Shown here: in pieces, positions 16,946 through 25,399 of the stretch
Numbering within the stretch: the stretch's first letter is position 1
How the letters are laid out: every line of letters starts with the position of its first letter
Source: an uncultured bacterium
Lineage (GTDB): Bacteria; Armatimonadota; Hebobacteria; CAYNSX01
Length of the DNA stretch: 64,000 bases
Direction: 5' to 3'
Assembly (NCBI GenBank): GCA_964400165.1
Contig: CAYNSX010000004.1
Coordinates: 5,380-69,379 of the forward strand
The notes under the pieces: model-generated
Databases searched by the model: none
The model's input: the letters and a program-made list of their open reading frames with translations, nothing else
What the model was told of the DNA's origin: nothing
Position numbers and translations under genes: made by a program

Positions 16946-17392
16946 TTACTCGGTTTTGGAAGTGCTCTCCCCCGGCCAGTGCAGCGGCATCGTCGGGCGG
17001 TCGAGCATCTCACGCACCTTCACCGGCGCGTCGGGCGCCGGATGCAGGCGCGGCAGGTCGCCCGGAGCCGCCGGGTCGCGCCCGAAGGCGGCGACGAAGC
17101 GGTCGAGGTCGCGCCGCAGCCGCGCCAAGTCGATGCCGCGGTAGCGCGGCGGCAGTTGGTCGAGTTTCTCGATGCAGTGTTCGTGCAGCCCGCGCACGCC
17201 GGCGAGATTGCCCCGGCTCCAGTGATAGACCGTCACCGCCGCCTGAATCAGCGCGTGATAGAAAGTGCGCTCGTCGCCGTGCACCTGCTTCCACAACGCT
17301 TCCAGCACCTCGTGACACTGGAAGTAGTCGCCCTCGTTGAACAGGGCGATGCCGCGCAGGAAGTCGGGGTGCAGCGCCGGGTCAGGCGGCAT
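16946..17392 (-). CDS. DUF309-family protein
   Basis: ..LRGIALFNEGDYFQCHEVLEALWKQVHGDERTFYHALIQAAVTVYHWSRGNLAGVRGL.. is the DUF309 signature. The start is M70 of the track ORF; it overlaps the upstream peroxiredoxin stop by about 11 nt. Confidence 0.55.
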   Translation of the reverse strand: MPPDPALHPDFLRGIALFNEGDYFQCHEVLEALWKQVHGDERTFYHALIQAAVTVYHWSRGNLAGVRGLHEHCIEKLDQLPPRYRGIDLARLRRDLDRFVAAFGRDPAAPGDLPRLHPAPDAPVKVREMLDRPTMPLHWPGESTSKTE

Positions 17393-17873
17393 TCCTCGCC
17401 GCGGCGAGCACCTCGTCGAACGGCGGCAGTTCGCGGATGTTCTCCCGCACATCGGCATACACGATTTTTCCGTCGCGGCCGATGACGAAAGTGGCCCGCT
17501 CCGAAAACCCCTGCGGGCGGAGGACGCCGTACAGTTCCGCCGCCTTGCCGTGCGGCCAGAAATCGGAGGCGACCGGATAGGGCAGCCCGGCCGGCGCAAT
17601 CGCCTTCACCCAGGCCTTCTTCGCCGGCATGCTGTCCACGCTGATGGAAACGACCTGCGCGCCGGCCTGGGCGTAGCGCTGCCATTCTTTCCCGACCGTG
17701 CACACCTCCGTCTCGCAAACGGCGGTGAACGCCAGCGGGTGAAACATCAAGATGACCGGCCCGTTCTTCAGGGACTCGCTCAACTTGACGGTGACATCCT
17801 TGACCTCCGGCTGCGAGACGAAGCCGGGCAGTTCGAAGTCGGGTGCGGTATCGCCTGCCTTCAGTGGTGGCAT
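17382..17873 (-). CDS. peroxiredoxin (AhpC/TSA / Prx5-like, Cys-type)
   Basis: MPPLKAGDTAPDFELPG..GPVILMFHPLAFTAVCETEVCTV..ATFVIGRDGKIVYADV.. carries the T-x-x-C peroxidatic motif. Confidence 0.8.
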   Translation of the reverse strand: MPPLKAGDTAPDFELPGFVSQPEVKDVTVKLSESLKNGPVILMFHPLAFTAVCETEVCTVGKEWQRYAQAGAQVVSISVDSMPAKKAWVKAIAPAGLPYPVASDFWPHGKAAELYGVLRPQGFSERATFVIGRDGKIVYADVRENIRELPPFDEVLAAARNAA

Positions 17874-17929
17874 CGTTGGGTCTCCTTCATTTCATGCAAA
17901 TGGGATCGCTCTCAACTCCTGGACGCTTG

Positions 17930-18150
17930 TTCTCCCCTCTCCCGAGTCGGGAGAGGGACTTCGCGTCTACCACTTGTTTAATCCTCTCCCCTCTCCGCTC
18001 GTCGGAGAGGGGCTGGGGGTGAGGGCTTTGTCCCCCTCACCCGGCCTGCGGCCACCCTCTCCCGTTTGGGAGAGGGACTACTCATCTACCATTCGTATTC
18101 AATGCCCCCTCTCCTCACAGGAGAAGGGGTCAGGGGGCTTGCCCTTCGTA
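17930..18150. repeat. tandem array of four family-B hairpin units (CCTCTCCC-N5-6-GGGAGAGGG ACT...TCTACCA)
   Basis: Hairpins TCTCCCgagtcGGGAGA, CTCTCCgctcgtcGGAGAG, CTCTCCCgtttGGGAGAG and CTCTCCtcacaGGAGAAG recur about every 55 bp between the aquaporin stop and the peroxiredoxin start. A related pair occurs at 23104-23235. Confidence 0.5.
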
Positions 18151-18175
18151 GCCTTGGCGTAGAAGGGTGAGGCCG

Positions 18176-18898
18176 TCACGCGGCGTCGGGCCGCTTCTGC
18201 AAAAGCAGCGCATACACCCACGCCGCCATCGCGCCGCCCCCCAGTGGCCCCGCCCAATACACCCAGTGGTTGGCCCAATCCATCTGCACCAGCGCCGGCC
18301 CGAACGAGCGCGCCGGATTCATCGAGGCGCCGGTCAGCGGCCCGGCGGCCAGAATATCGAGCACGATGGTCCCGCCGATGGCCAGCCCCGCGGCGCCGGC
18401 GGGCGCGCGCCCGTCCACGGCGACACCGAAAATGACAAACACCAGCAGGAAAGTCAGCACCGCCTCGATGCCTACGCCGGTCGCCGGCGTGATGTTCGAG
18501 GCCAGCATCGTCGCGCCGAGGTGCGTGTCCGTCGTCGCATCCAGCGGGTAGAGCAGCGAGATGAGCAGCGCACCCAGTGACGCCCCCGCCAATTGCACGA
18601 AGACATAGCCGAGTGCCTTCCCGAGTCCGATGCGCCCCGCCAACAGCATCCCGAAAGTCACTGCTGGATTGATGTGCGCCCCGCTGATATGGCCGGTGGC
18701 GTAGACCATCACCATAATGGCGAAGCCGTGCGCCAGTGCGATGCCGACGAGCCCCAATTGCAGCCCGGTCAGCACCACTCCGAACTGCTCCATTGACCTC
18801 GCGGTCGTCGAGTTCATCGCAATGGCGCCGATGCCGATAAAGCACAGCGTGAAAGTGGCGATGAACTCGGCGATGTACGGCTGCGCCCCGCGTCCCAT
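18176..18898 (-). CDS. aqpZ: aquaporin (MIP family, AqpZ/GlpF-like)
   Basis: Two NPA boxes (..SGAHINPAVTFG.. and ..GASMNPARSFGPA..) and six TM helices. Confidence 0.85.
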   Translation of the reverse strand: MGRGAQPYIAEFIATFTLCFIGIGAIAMNSTTARSMEQFGVVLTGLQLGLVGIALAHGFAIMVMVYATGHISGAHINPAVTFGMLLAGRIGLGKALGYVFVQLAGASLGALLISLLYPLDATTDTHLGATMLASNITPATGVGIEAVLTFLLVFVIFGVAVDGRAPAGAAGLAIGGTIVLDILAAGPLTGASMNPARSFGPALVQMDWANHWVYWAGPLGGGAMAAWVYALLLQKRPDAA

Positions 18899-19006
18899 GT
18901 GCGTCGTCCCTTTCTCCTATGCGCCGGTGTGTCGTCCCGCTGTCACTGGTGCGGATTTGCACACGCAAGCCCGATTCGGGGCGGCGCGGCGGCCTTCCTG
19001 CCTCGC

Positions 19007-19036
19007 TTGACCCACTCCCCGACGCCCCGCTACTAT
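19007..19036 (+). promoter_or_regulatory. candidate sigma70 promoter TTGACC -N18- TACTAT for the FBP aldolase/phosphatase gene
   Basis: Lies in the 196-bp divergent region between aqpZ and fbp, about 60 nt upstream of the fbp ATG. Confidence 0.35.
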
Positions 19037-19094
19037 GCATACGCGGGGCTGCGGGCGGGGTATAAGACACCACTCCACAAGTGAGGGAAGGGTT

Positions 19095-20240
19095 ATGGGT
19101 TCTCCGGTCACTTTGAGTGTCATCAAGGCCGATGTCGGGGGGTATGTCGGCCACTCGCGCGTTCATCCCGAGATGCTCGCCAAGGCCGAGGAACTGCTCC
19201 AGAAGCAGCGGGGCAAACTCCTCATCGACAGCACCGTGCTGGTCTGCGGCGACGACCTCTTCCTGACGATGACGCACGAACTCGGCAACGACAACCAGGC
19301 GATTCACTCACTCGCCTGGGACACCTTCTCCGCCGCCGCCGACATCGCGCACCGCCTCAAAATGTACGGCGCCGGACAGGACCTGCAGGCCGACGCCTTC
19401 AGCGGCAATGTCAAGGGCATGGGTCCCGGCGTCGCCGAGATGACCTTCATCGAGCGCCAATCCGAACCCATCCTGATTTTCTGCGCCGACAAGTGCGCGC
19501 CCGGCGCCTGGAACCTGCCCCTCTATAAGATGTTCGCCGACCCGATGAACTCGCCCGGCCTCGTCATCGACACCAAAATGAATCAAGGCGCGCAGTTCGA
19601 AGTTTTCGATGCCGTCGAGGGCAAGTCGCTGAAACTCAACACTCCCGAAGAGGTCTACATCCTCTTGACCTTCATCGGCTCGACCGGACGCTATCTGATC
19701 AAGAATGTCTTCATGCGCTTCTGCAACGATGTCGCCGCCACCGGTTCGGTGCAACGGCTGAAGGATGTCGCCGGCCGCTATGTCGGCAAGGACGACCCGG
19801 TGCTCGTCGTGCGCGGCCAGGCCGGCTTCCCGGCGCTCGGCGAAATCACCGAGGCCTTCACCCTCGGCCACACCACCGCCGGCTGGATGCGCGGCAGCCA
19901 CCAAGGGCCGCTGATGCCGTGCTCGTTCGACACCGCGCGCCCCGTCCGTTTCGACGGCCCGCCGCGCGTCATCTGCGCCGGCTTCCAGCTGGCGCACGGC
20001 AAACTCATCGGCCCGGTCGACATCTTCGACAACCCGGCCTTCGACCGCACCCGGGACCGCTGCAACAAAGTCGCCGATTACCTGCGGGCGCACGGCGTCT
20101 TCGAGCCGCACCGCCTGCACCCCGAAGAGATGGAATACACCACGCTGCCGGAAGTCCAGAAGCAGGTCGCCCACCGCTGGGAGTCCGAGGACAAGCTGCC
20201 CTCGAAAGTCGGCGCCGGCGTCGGCGGCGATTTCGATTAG
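19095..20240 (+). CDS. fbp: bifunctional fructose-1,6-bisphosphate aldolase/phosphatase (class V FBPase)
   Basis: MGSPVTLSVIKADVGGYVGHSRVHPEMLAKAEELL..LIDSTVLVCGDDLFLTMTHE.. is the hallmark N-terminus of the archaeal-type FBP aldolase/phosphatase. The RBS GAGGGAAGGG precedes the ATG, 60 nt inside the track ORF. Confidence 0.85.
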   Translation: MGSPVTLSVIKADVGGYVGHSRVHPEMLAKAEELLQKQRGKLLIDSTVLVCGDDLFLTMTHELGNDNQAIHSLAWDTFSAAADIAHRLKMYGAGQDLQADAFSGNVKGMGPGVAEMTFIERQSEPILIFCADKCAPGAWNLPLYKMFADPMNSPGLVIDTKMNQGAQFEVFDAVEGKSLKLNTPEEVYILLTFIGSTGRYLIKNVFMRFCNDVAATGSVQRLKDVAGRYVGKDDPVLVVRGQAGFPALGEITEAFTLGHTTAGWMRGSHQGPLMPCSFDTARPVRFDGPPRVICAGFQLAHGKLIGPVDIFDNPAFDRTRDRCNKVADYLRAHGVFEPHRLHPEEMEYTTLPEVQKQVAHRWESEDKLPSKVGAGVGGDFD

Positions 20241-20307
20241 GTTTCCGTCCTGATTTCCCGCCGTCCATTCAACCTGGAGGAGGCAGGCTGAAACGGGCGG
20301 CGGCTTT

Positions 20308-21264
20308 TTGTCGTCTGGTTTAGTGAAGGGTACAACCTCCAAGATGCCCCGACCGAAAGAACCCGCCCTGCTCATCGGCACCGACGACGGCCTGCACCAA
20401 CTGCTGCCGGAGCCGCGCGTGGTGCTGCCCGAAGAGAAAGTGACCGCCATCGCCACCAGCGGCGAAGCCGTCTGGTGCATCACCGATGAGCGCACTGTCC
20501 GCCGCCAGCGCCACGGCACCGCCTTCAAGCCCATCTTCGAACTCACCGACCGCCGCCTCACCTGCCTGGGGCTGACCAGCCACGGCGTCTTCATCGGCAC
20601 CAGCGGCGCGCACCTGCTCCGCATCAAGAACAAGAAACTGGGGATGCTGCACTCCTTCGACCGCGTCACCGGGCGCAGCGAGTGGTTCACGCCTGACGGC
20701 GACGAGGCCGACATCCGCTCCATCGCCCAGTCCGAGAGCGGCGCCGTCTTCGTCAATGTCCATGTCGGCGGCATCCCGCGCACGCTCAACGGCGGCGACA
20801 CCTGGAAGCCCACCATCGACATCGAGCAGGATGTCCATCAGGTCATCGCCCACCCGAAGAAGGAAGGGCTGCTCCTCGCCGCCGCCGCGGTCGGGCTGTG
20901 CGTCAGTGACGACGACGGCGGCACCTGGACGGTGCGCAATGACGGCTTGCACGGCGACTACTGCCGGGCGGTGGCGCTCTGCCGCGACACCGTCCTGGTC
21001 ACGGCCTCGACCGGCCCGCGCAGCCGCCGCGGCGCCGTCTACCACACCTCGCTCAACGCCGCCGACACGCTGGAGAAGTGCGAGCGCGGCCTGCCCGAGT
21101 GGTTCCCCGGCAACATCGACACCGGCTGCCTTGCCGCCCACGGTGACCGTGCCGCCTTCGGCACCAAAGAGGGCGAAGTCTATCAGTCGCTTGACGCCGG
21201 CGAGTCCTGGACGCGCATCGCCGCCGCCCTGCCCCGCGTCCGCGCCGTCTCGTTTAGCGGGTAG
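20308..21264 (+). CDS. BNR/Asp-box repeat beta-propeller protein (sialidase-like / Ycf48-like fold)
   Basis: Asp-box repeats GGDTWK, SDDDGGTWT and SLDAGESWT. The start may instead be the ATG at 20344. Confidence 0.5.
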   Translation: MSSGLVKGTTSKMPRPKEPALLIGTDDGLHQLLPEPRVVLPEEKVTAIATSGEAVWCITDERTVRRQRHGTAFKPIFELTDRRLTCLGLTSHGVFIGTSGAHLLRIKNKKLGMLHSFDRVTGRSEWFTPDGDEADIRSIAQSESGAVFVNVHVGGIPRTLNGGDTWKPTIDIEQDVHQVIAHPKKEGLLLAAAAVGLCVSDDDGGTWTVRNDGLHGDYCRAVALCRDTVLVTASTGPRSRRGAVYHTSLNAADTLEKCERGLPEWFPGNIDTGCLAAHGDRAAFGTKEGEVYQSLDAGESWTRIAAALPRVRAVSFSG

Positions 21265-21406
21265 GACGCTGGGATGAGATGCCTGCGCAACCCTCCGCGG
21301 CGTCGGTTCGTCAGGTTTGCCATTGCCTCAGTGGCTGAAAGTGAGGCCTTGGGCATGCGATTCGCTCGATTCTTATCAGTAATTCTACTGAGTTGGGGTC
21401 TGTTCA

Positions 21407-21436
21407 CTTGACAGCGTTGCGGGGCGCGGGGATGAT
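21407..21436 (+). promoter_or_regulatory. sigma70-like promoter TTGACA -N17- GATGAT at the edge of the low-GC island
   Basis: A consensus -35 hexamer with a 17-nt spacer, followed by the RBS GGGAGCGAGG and the ATG of the Cys-rich ORF. Confidence 0.4.
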
Positions 21437-21463
21437 TCGCAGCGCTTGAAGGGAGCGAGGTCA

Positions 21464-21844
21464 ATGAGACTGAGAGCGGGGTCAGCAGTTCAGGCACTTT
21501 TGATTCTGGTCTTGCTGTCGGGAAGCGCGGGACCGCTGTTCGCAGTCTGTACGGTCGACCACGGACCATGCGTCAATGATGGCACATGCGAGGTCGGGAC
21601 TCTCGAATGCCAATCATATAATGAATTGACTGGGACCAATAAAGGGGTCATCTGTATTATGTCATGGCCCTTGGAACAAATCACCCGCCACGCGGGATCC
21701 TCACCCGATTTATATTTCATGACGCGTTATTGTGTCGAACTGGGAAAATGGCCTTGGCAATGGCCTGGCTGCGCTTGCCTCGGAACTCCAGACCAAACTG
21801 AACACCAGAGTCCATATGTTAGCTGCCAGACAACATGGCCATGA
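21464..21844 (+). CDS. small secreted cysteine-rich protein (10 Cys in about 100 mature residues), no recognisable family
   Basis: Signal peptide MRLRAGSAVQALLILVLLSGSAGPLFA, then CTVDHGPCVNDGTCEVGTLECQ...CIMSW...YCVELGKWPWQWPGCACLG...CQTTWP. GC is markedly lower than in the flanks. Confidence 0.4.
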   Translation: MRLRAGSAVQALLILVLLSGSAGPLFAVCTVDHGPCVNDGTCEVGTLECQSYNELTGTNKGVICIMSWPLEQITRHAGSSPDLYFMTRYCVELGKWPWQWPGCACLGTPDQTEHQSPYVSCQTTWP

Positions 21845-21905
21845 TGGAGGAATGGCTGGTCTGCGAAGTCGGGATGACCGTCTTTGCGAATGAGGAGGAG
21901 GATCT

Positions 21906-22976
21906 GTGAACACCACACATCCGACTGCGTTTCGCGCCTTCACATTAGTCGGCTTACTCGTAGTTGGCATTCTGGGCTTCGTTCTCTGGTTGAGGTCGCC
22001 GGAACCGCAAAGGACATCAGTCGCGACTGCATCGCCGGTAGCTTCAGCGCTGACGATTGGGGCTGTCGGGGCGGATGCGAAAGCCGTAGAGCTCCTCAAT
22101 AAACTGCAGGAGCGACTCGTCTCTTTGGGGACCGTCTCGGCGATCTGGAGTGAGACTTGGGAGCAGCATCCCATTTCAGGACACAGCGCCCTTTTGGCAT
22201 TGTTGACCCGCTCTCCAAAGATACCAGTTTACGTGACGACACGCGAGTCTCGCTCTGTCTGGTTTGCCACCGACGGCACCAAGTGGCGGCTGGATTGTTC
22301 TGAAGCGGCAGAACCCGTTTATGCGGAAGGCAGCACCGGCGAACGATCTAAGGGGTCGGACGACTATTCTGTCGCGTTTGACGGACTGCTAACGACCGCT
22401 CTTTCACAGGGTGGACGGGCAATGTATATCGCTGACACATCGACTGCCCGTACCGCCGTGCCGCACAATGGCTGGGAACACACCTACCGCGCGATCCTTT
22501 TTGGGGTGCCCTATTACAACCTCGGACAAGGCAGCACTTTCGCTTATGCGGGCCGAGAGTTTTTTTCGAAGTGGTGGTGCCACCGCCTGCATGGGGAGGG
22601 CACGGTCGAAGCGCCTGCGGGTGCTAGCGGCGATTGGAGTTACGAGGTGGACCTCTGGATTACCGATGACCCGATAGGCGTGCCTGTGGGTTACGAATTC
22701 CGCGGACATCAGGGCAACGCCGGGACTAGTAAGTGGCACTGGCAGATTGACCGCTTGGAGCAGCCGGCCGCCGGTGTCTTTCTCGGCGCAGATGGGTGGA
22801 AGGCATTTTGGCCGCCGTCCTGGAAGCTGACCGAACCGGAAGCGCGGACGACCTGGACCCTGCAGCAGGCCAGTGTCGATAACTCCCCTGCAGCGGAGAC
22901 ATTCCATCTGAGTCCTCCGGTGAAATGTCTCGTCCACGATCTCGTCGCAGGGGAAACTCGGCAAACTGGCCCTTAG
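21906..22976 (+). CDS. hypothetical membrane-anchored protein (N-terminal TM helix, ~330-aa extracytoplasmic domain)
   Basis: GTG start; N-terminal AFRAFTLVGLLVVGILGFVLWL. No motif recognised. Lies inside the same low-GC island. Confidence 0.4.
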   Translation: MNTTHPTAFRAFTLVGLLVVGILGFVLWLRSPEPQRTSVATASPVASALTIGAVGADAKAVELLNKLQERLVSLGTVSAIWSETWEQHPISGHSALLALLTRSPKIPVYVTTRESRSVWFATDGTKWRLDCSEAAEPVYAEGSTGERSKGSDDYSVAFDGLLTTALSQGGRAMYIADTSTARTAVPHNGWEHTYRAILFGVPYYNLGQGSTFAYAGREFFSKWWCHRLHGEGTVEAPAGASGDWSYEVDLWITDDPIGVPVGYEFRGHQGNAGTSKWHWQIDRLEQPAAGVFLGADGWKAFWPPSWKLTEPEARTTWTLQQASVDNSPAAETFHLSPPVKCLVHDLVAGETRQTGP

Positions 22977-23103
22977 CCACAAGTCCGAGCGAATGATACG
23001 AGAAGGTCGCAACTTTTAGCGCCGCGCCGCCGCTTCCGCCTGCGCGTCCCCCTCACTCCCGCTTCCTCCTTCGCCCTATGGGCTACGAAGGACAAGTCGC
23101 GTA

Positions 23104-23235
23104 CCCCTCGCCAATGTCAGGGAGAGGGGATTACAAGCACCGTGGGGCGCTGGCTGTGCCTCTCCTCTTCAGGGAGAGGGTGTCCACCGAAGCCTGATGT
23201 TTGGGCGAAGGAGGGCGGGAGAGGGACTTTACACC
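23104..23235. repeat. family-B hairpin units abutting the mrp stop codon
   Basis: CCTCGCCaatgtcaGGGAGAGGGGA, CCTCTCCtcttcaGGGAGAGGG and GGGAGAGGGACTTTACACC. The last unit matches GGGAGAGGGACTTcgcg at about 17951. Confidence 0.4.
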
Positions 23236-24377
23236 TTCGCCGCGGCTTCCGCCTGCGCGTCCTTGATGGCCTGGCGCAATTCGTCGCGCGTCTGCTGAAC
23301 CGCCGGGGCGTCGGCGCCGCGCAGCGTCTGCACGCTGATACGCGCCGCCACCAATTCCGCCACCGCCCGGAACGCCTGCGCCGCCGGCCGGTCCGGGTGC
23401 GCCAGCACATAGGGCACGCCGGCGTCGCTCGAACGCACGATCTCCGGATCGAGCGGCAGCGTCCCCAGGAACGGCACGCCCAACTGCTCCGCCGCGGCGC
23501 GCCCGCCCCCGCGCACGCCGAAGATTTCATGTTCAGCCCCGCAACTCGGGCAGATGAAGGTGCTCATATTCTCGACGATGCCGAGGATGGGCGCCTCAAG
23601 CTTCTGGAACATTTTCAGCGCCTTGGCAGCGATGGTGCGCGCCAAGTCTTGCGCGGTCATCACGATGACGACGCCGCTCAACGGAATCAGTTGCGCCAGC
23701 GTTAGTTGCGCGTCGCCGGTGCCGGGCGGCAGGTCGAGCACCAGGTAATCGAGTTCGCCCCACTCGACATCGCCGAGCATCTGCGACACCGCCTTGTGCA
23801 CCATCGGCCCGCGCCAGATGACCGGCCGGTCATCATCGCCGAGCAGGAAGCCGAGCGACATCACCTTCATCCCGTGCGCGTCGAGCGGCAGGATCTTGTT
23901 GTTGTCGCCCCAGACCGGGTGTTCATGTACCCCCGCCAGCGTCGGCAGCGAGGGGCCGTAGATGTCGAGGTCGAGCAACCCGACGCGGGCGCCGCGCTGG
24001 CTCAACGACACCGCCAGGTTCACCGCCACTGTGGACTTCCCGACGCCGCCCTTGCCCGAGGCCACCGCCACCGTGTTGCGCACGCCGGGGATGAGTGTTT
24101 CGCCCCCCTGCTGGCCGACCGGCACCTGCGCCGTCATCTTCACTTCGACCGCGCCGACGCCCGGCACCAGCCGCCGGATGGCGTCCGCCGCCACTTCCTG
24201 AAACTGGTCCTTGATCGGGCAGGCGGGCGTGGTCAATTCGAAAGTGAAGGCGACATCGGCGCCCGCAATGCGCAAGTCCTTGATCATCCCGAGCGTGACG
24301 ATGTCCTTGCCCAGGTCGGGGTCAATGACGGTGCGCAGCGCGTCGAGCACCTGCTCTTCGGTGACTTTCGGGGCCAC
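23229..24377 (-). CDS. apbC: Mrp/ApbC/NBP35 Fe-S cluster carrier ATPase with N-terminal MIP18 (DUF59) domain
   Basis: ..VLDALRTVIDPDLGKDIVTLGMIKDL.. (DUF59) followed by ..VAVASGKGGVGKSTVAVNLAVSLS.. (deviant Walker A) and the CxxC region ..FICPSCGAEHEIFG... Confidence 0.85.
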   Translation of the reverse strand: MAPKVTEEQVLDALRTVIDPDLGKDIVTLGMIKDLRIAGADVAFTFELTTPACPIKDQFQEVAADAIRRLVPGVGAVEVKMTAQVPVGQQGGETLIPGVRNTVAVASGKGGVGKSTVAVNLAVSLSQRGARVGLLDLDIYGPSLPTLAGVHEHPVWGDNNKILPLDAHGMKVMSLGFLLGDDDRPVIWRGPMVHKAVSQMLGDVEWGELDYLVLDLPPGTGDAQLTLAQLIPLSGVVIVMTAQDLARTIAAKALKMFQKLEAPILGIVENMSTFICPSCGAEHEIFGVRGGGRAAAEQLGVPFLGTLPLDPEIVRSSDAGVPYVLAHPDRPAAQAFRAVAELVAARISVQTLRGADAPAVQQTRDELRQAIKDAQAEAAAKV

Positions 24378-24471
24378 AGTTGCCTTTCAGCCGGATTCCT
24401 GCCGTGCGCGTGAGGAACGGCAATCGCACACTACTGCCGCCGTCGCGGACGGTCAAGCGAACGACGCGCCG

Positions 24472-24774
24472 CTAATTGAGGTGCCGTTTGACGGCCTGAA
24501 TGCGGTCCTTGATGCCCATCGGGCGGTCGCGGCGGTCGTCGATCTTGATGAACATCGAGACGCGCTGCACGCCCGTCGCTGTGAAGCACCGCTCCTGCAT
24601 CGCCTGTGCCGCGGCGAGCAGGTCGGGCGTGTTGCCCTCGACGCAGGTGCCCATCGCATTGAGTTCATAGGCCATCTTGCGCTCGTCGAGCACCTTGAGG
24701 CAGGCGGCAATCGCCGCCGACAGACTGGTCGAGCCGGTGCCGATCGGGGTGAGACTGATTTCCATAATCGCCAT
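24472..24774 (-). CDS. MTH1187/YkoF-family (thiamine/HMP-binding-like) small protein
   Basis: MAIMEISLTPIGTGSTSLSAAIAACLKVLDERKMAYELNAMGTCVEGNTPDLLAAAQAMQERCF..VQRVSMFIKIDDRRD.. The RBS AGGAGG lies 7 nt before the ATG (M45 of the track ORF). Confidence 0.6.
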   Translation of the reverse strand: MAIMEISLTPIGTGSTSLSAAIAACLKVLDERKMAYELNAMGTCVEGNTPDLLAAAQAMQERCFTATGVQRVSMFIKIDDRRDRPMGIKDRIQAVKRHLN

Positions 24775-25141
24775 TGGGTCGCCTCCTACTGATAGGGTAA
24801 TGGTGCTGGGAAGAGAGGAAAAAAGGACAGGCGTAACCGATGCTACTTGGGTCGAGAAAAGCCAATCTCCGACTGCTCCGGCGCAGGCAAAACTGCCTGC
24901 AGGCACGCTCGCAATAGAGCGATTCTACTAAGAAAGGCAGTCCCGGGGATTCCGCGCTCTTCTGAAAACGGCTGAATGTGACCGATCACTTCGCTGTCGG
25001 TCAGGTGCTCTGCTGCAAGTTCCAAGATTCAGTTGAAATCATAAAGCGTCACCGGCATCGCAACCATCGCGGTGTTCGCGGAAAGTATGGCTGCCCAAGT
25101 TTCATATAGGGCCTCGGCCGCGAAATAGAGTTCTGTGACGC

Positions 25142-25399
25142 TCAATGCTTCACTACATTCTCAAATCGGCTGGGAACGAGCACCACGATCTGAAGACCGT
25201 CGCGCCACGGATACACTTCAATCCGTCGGCCGCAGGTCGGACAAACGAACTGGTCGCCGCGGGTGCCGCGCTGCGAAAAGAGCATCGGCGATGCCGGATG
25301 CCCCGCCGCGCAGTGAGGAACGGTCTGTGGGTCACGGACGGCCATTCGCATCCGCATTATCCCACAAACCCCGCTTCGCATCCCGCGCCGCGCGTTCAA
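25142..25399 (-). CDS. possible small zinc-ribbon protein (HC...CPTC); uncertain
   Basis: ..VPHCAAGHPASPMLFSQRGTRGDQFVCPTCGRRIEVYPW.. The ORF lies in a lower-GC stretch and its start is ambiguous (several in-frame Met). Confidence 0.2.
   Translation of the reverse strand: MNARRGMRSGVCGIMRMRMAVRDPQTVPHCAAGHPASPMLFSQRGTRGDQFVCPTCGRRIEVYPWRDGLQIVVLVPSRFENVVKH

Noticed and set aside
17930-18150. CRISPR array
   Set aside because: The units are hairpin-containing and variable, with no constant-length unique spacers, and no cas genes are present anywhere in the window. The same applies to the GGAAAC and GGGTGTC repeats.
20308-21264. Calling the BNR-repeat protein a sialidase
   Set aside because: Only Asp-box repeats are visible; no catalytic Arg triad or FRIP motif was found.
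24775-24935. TPP riboswitch upstream of the YkoF-like gene
   Set aside because: The conserved TPP-aptamer elements (CUGAGA, pyrimidine-sensor helix) are absent. It is kept only as a generic structured leader.
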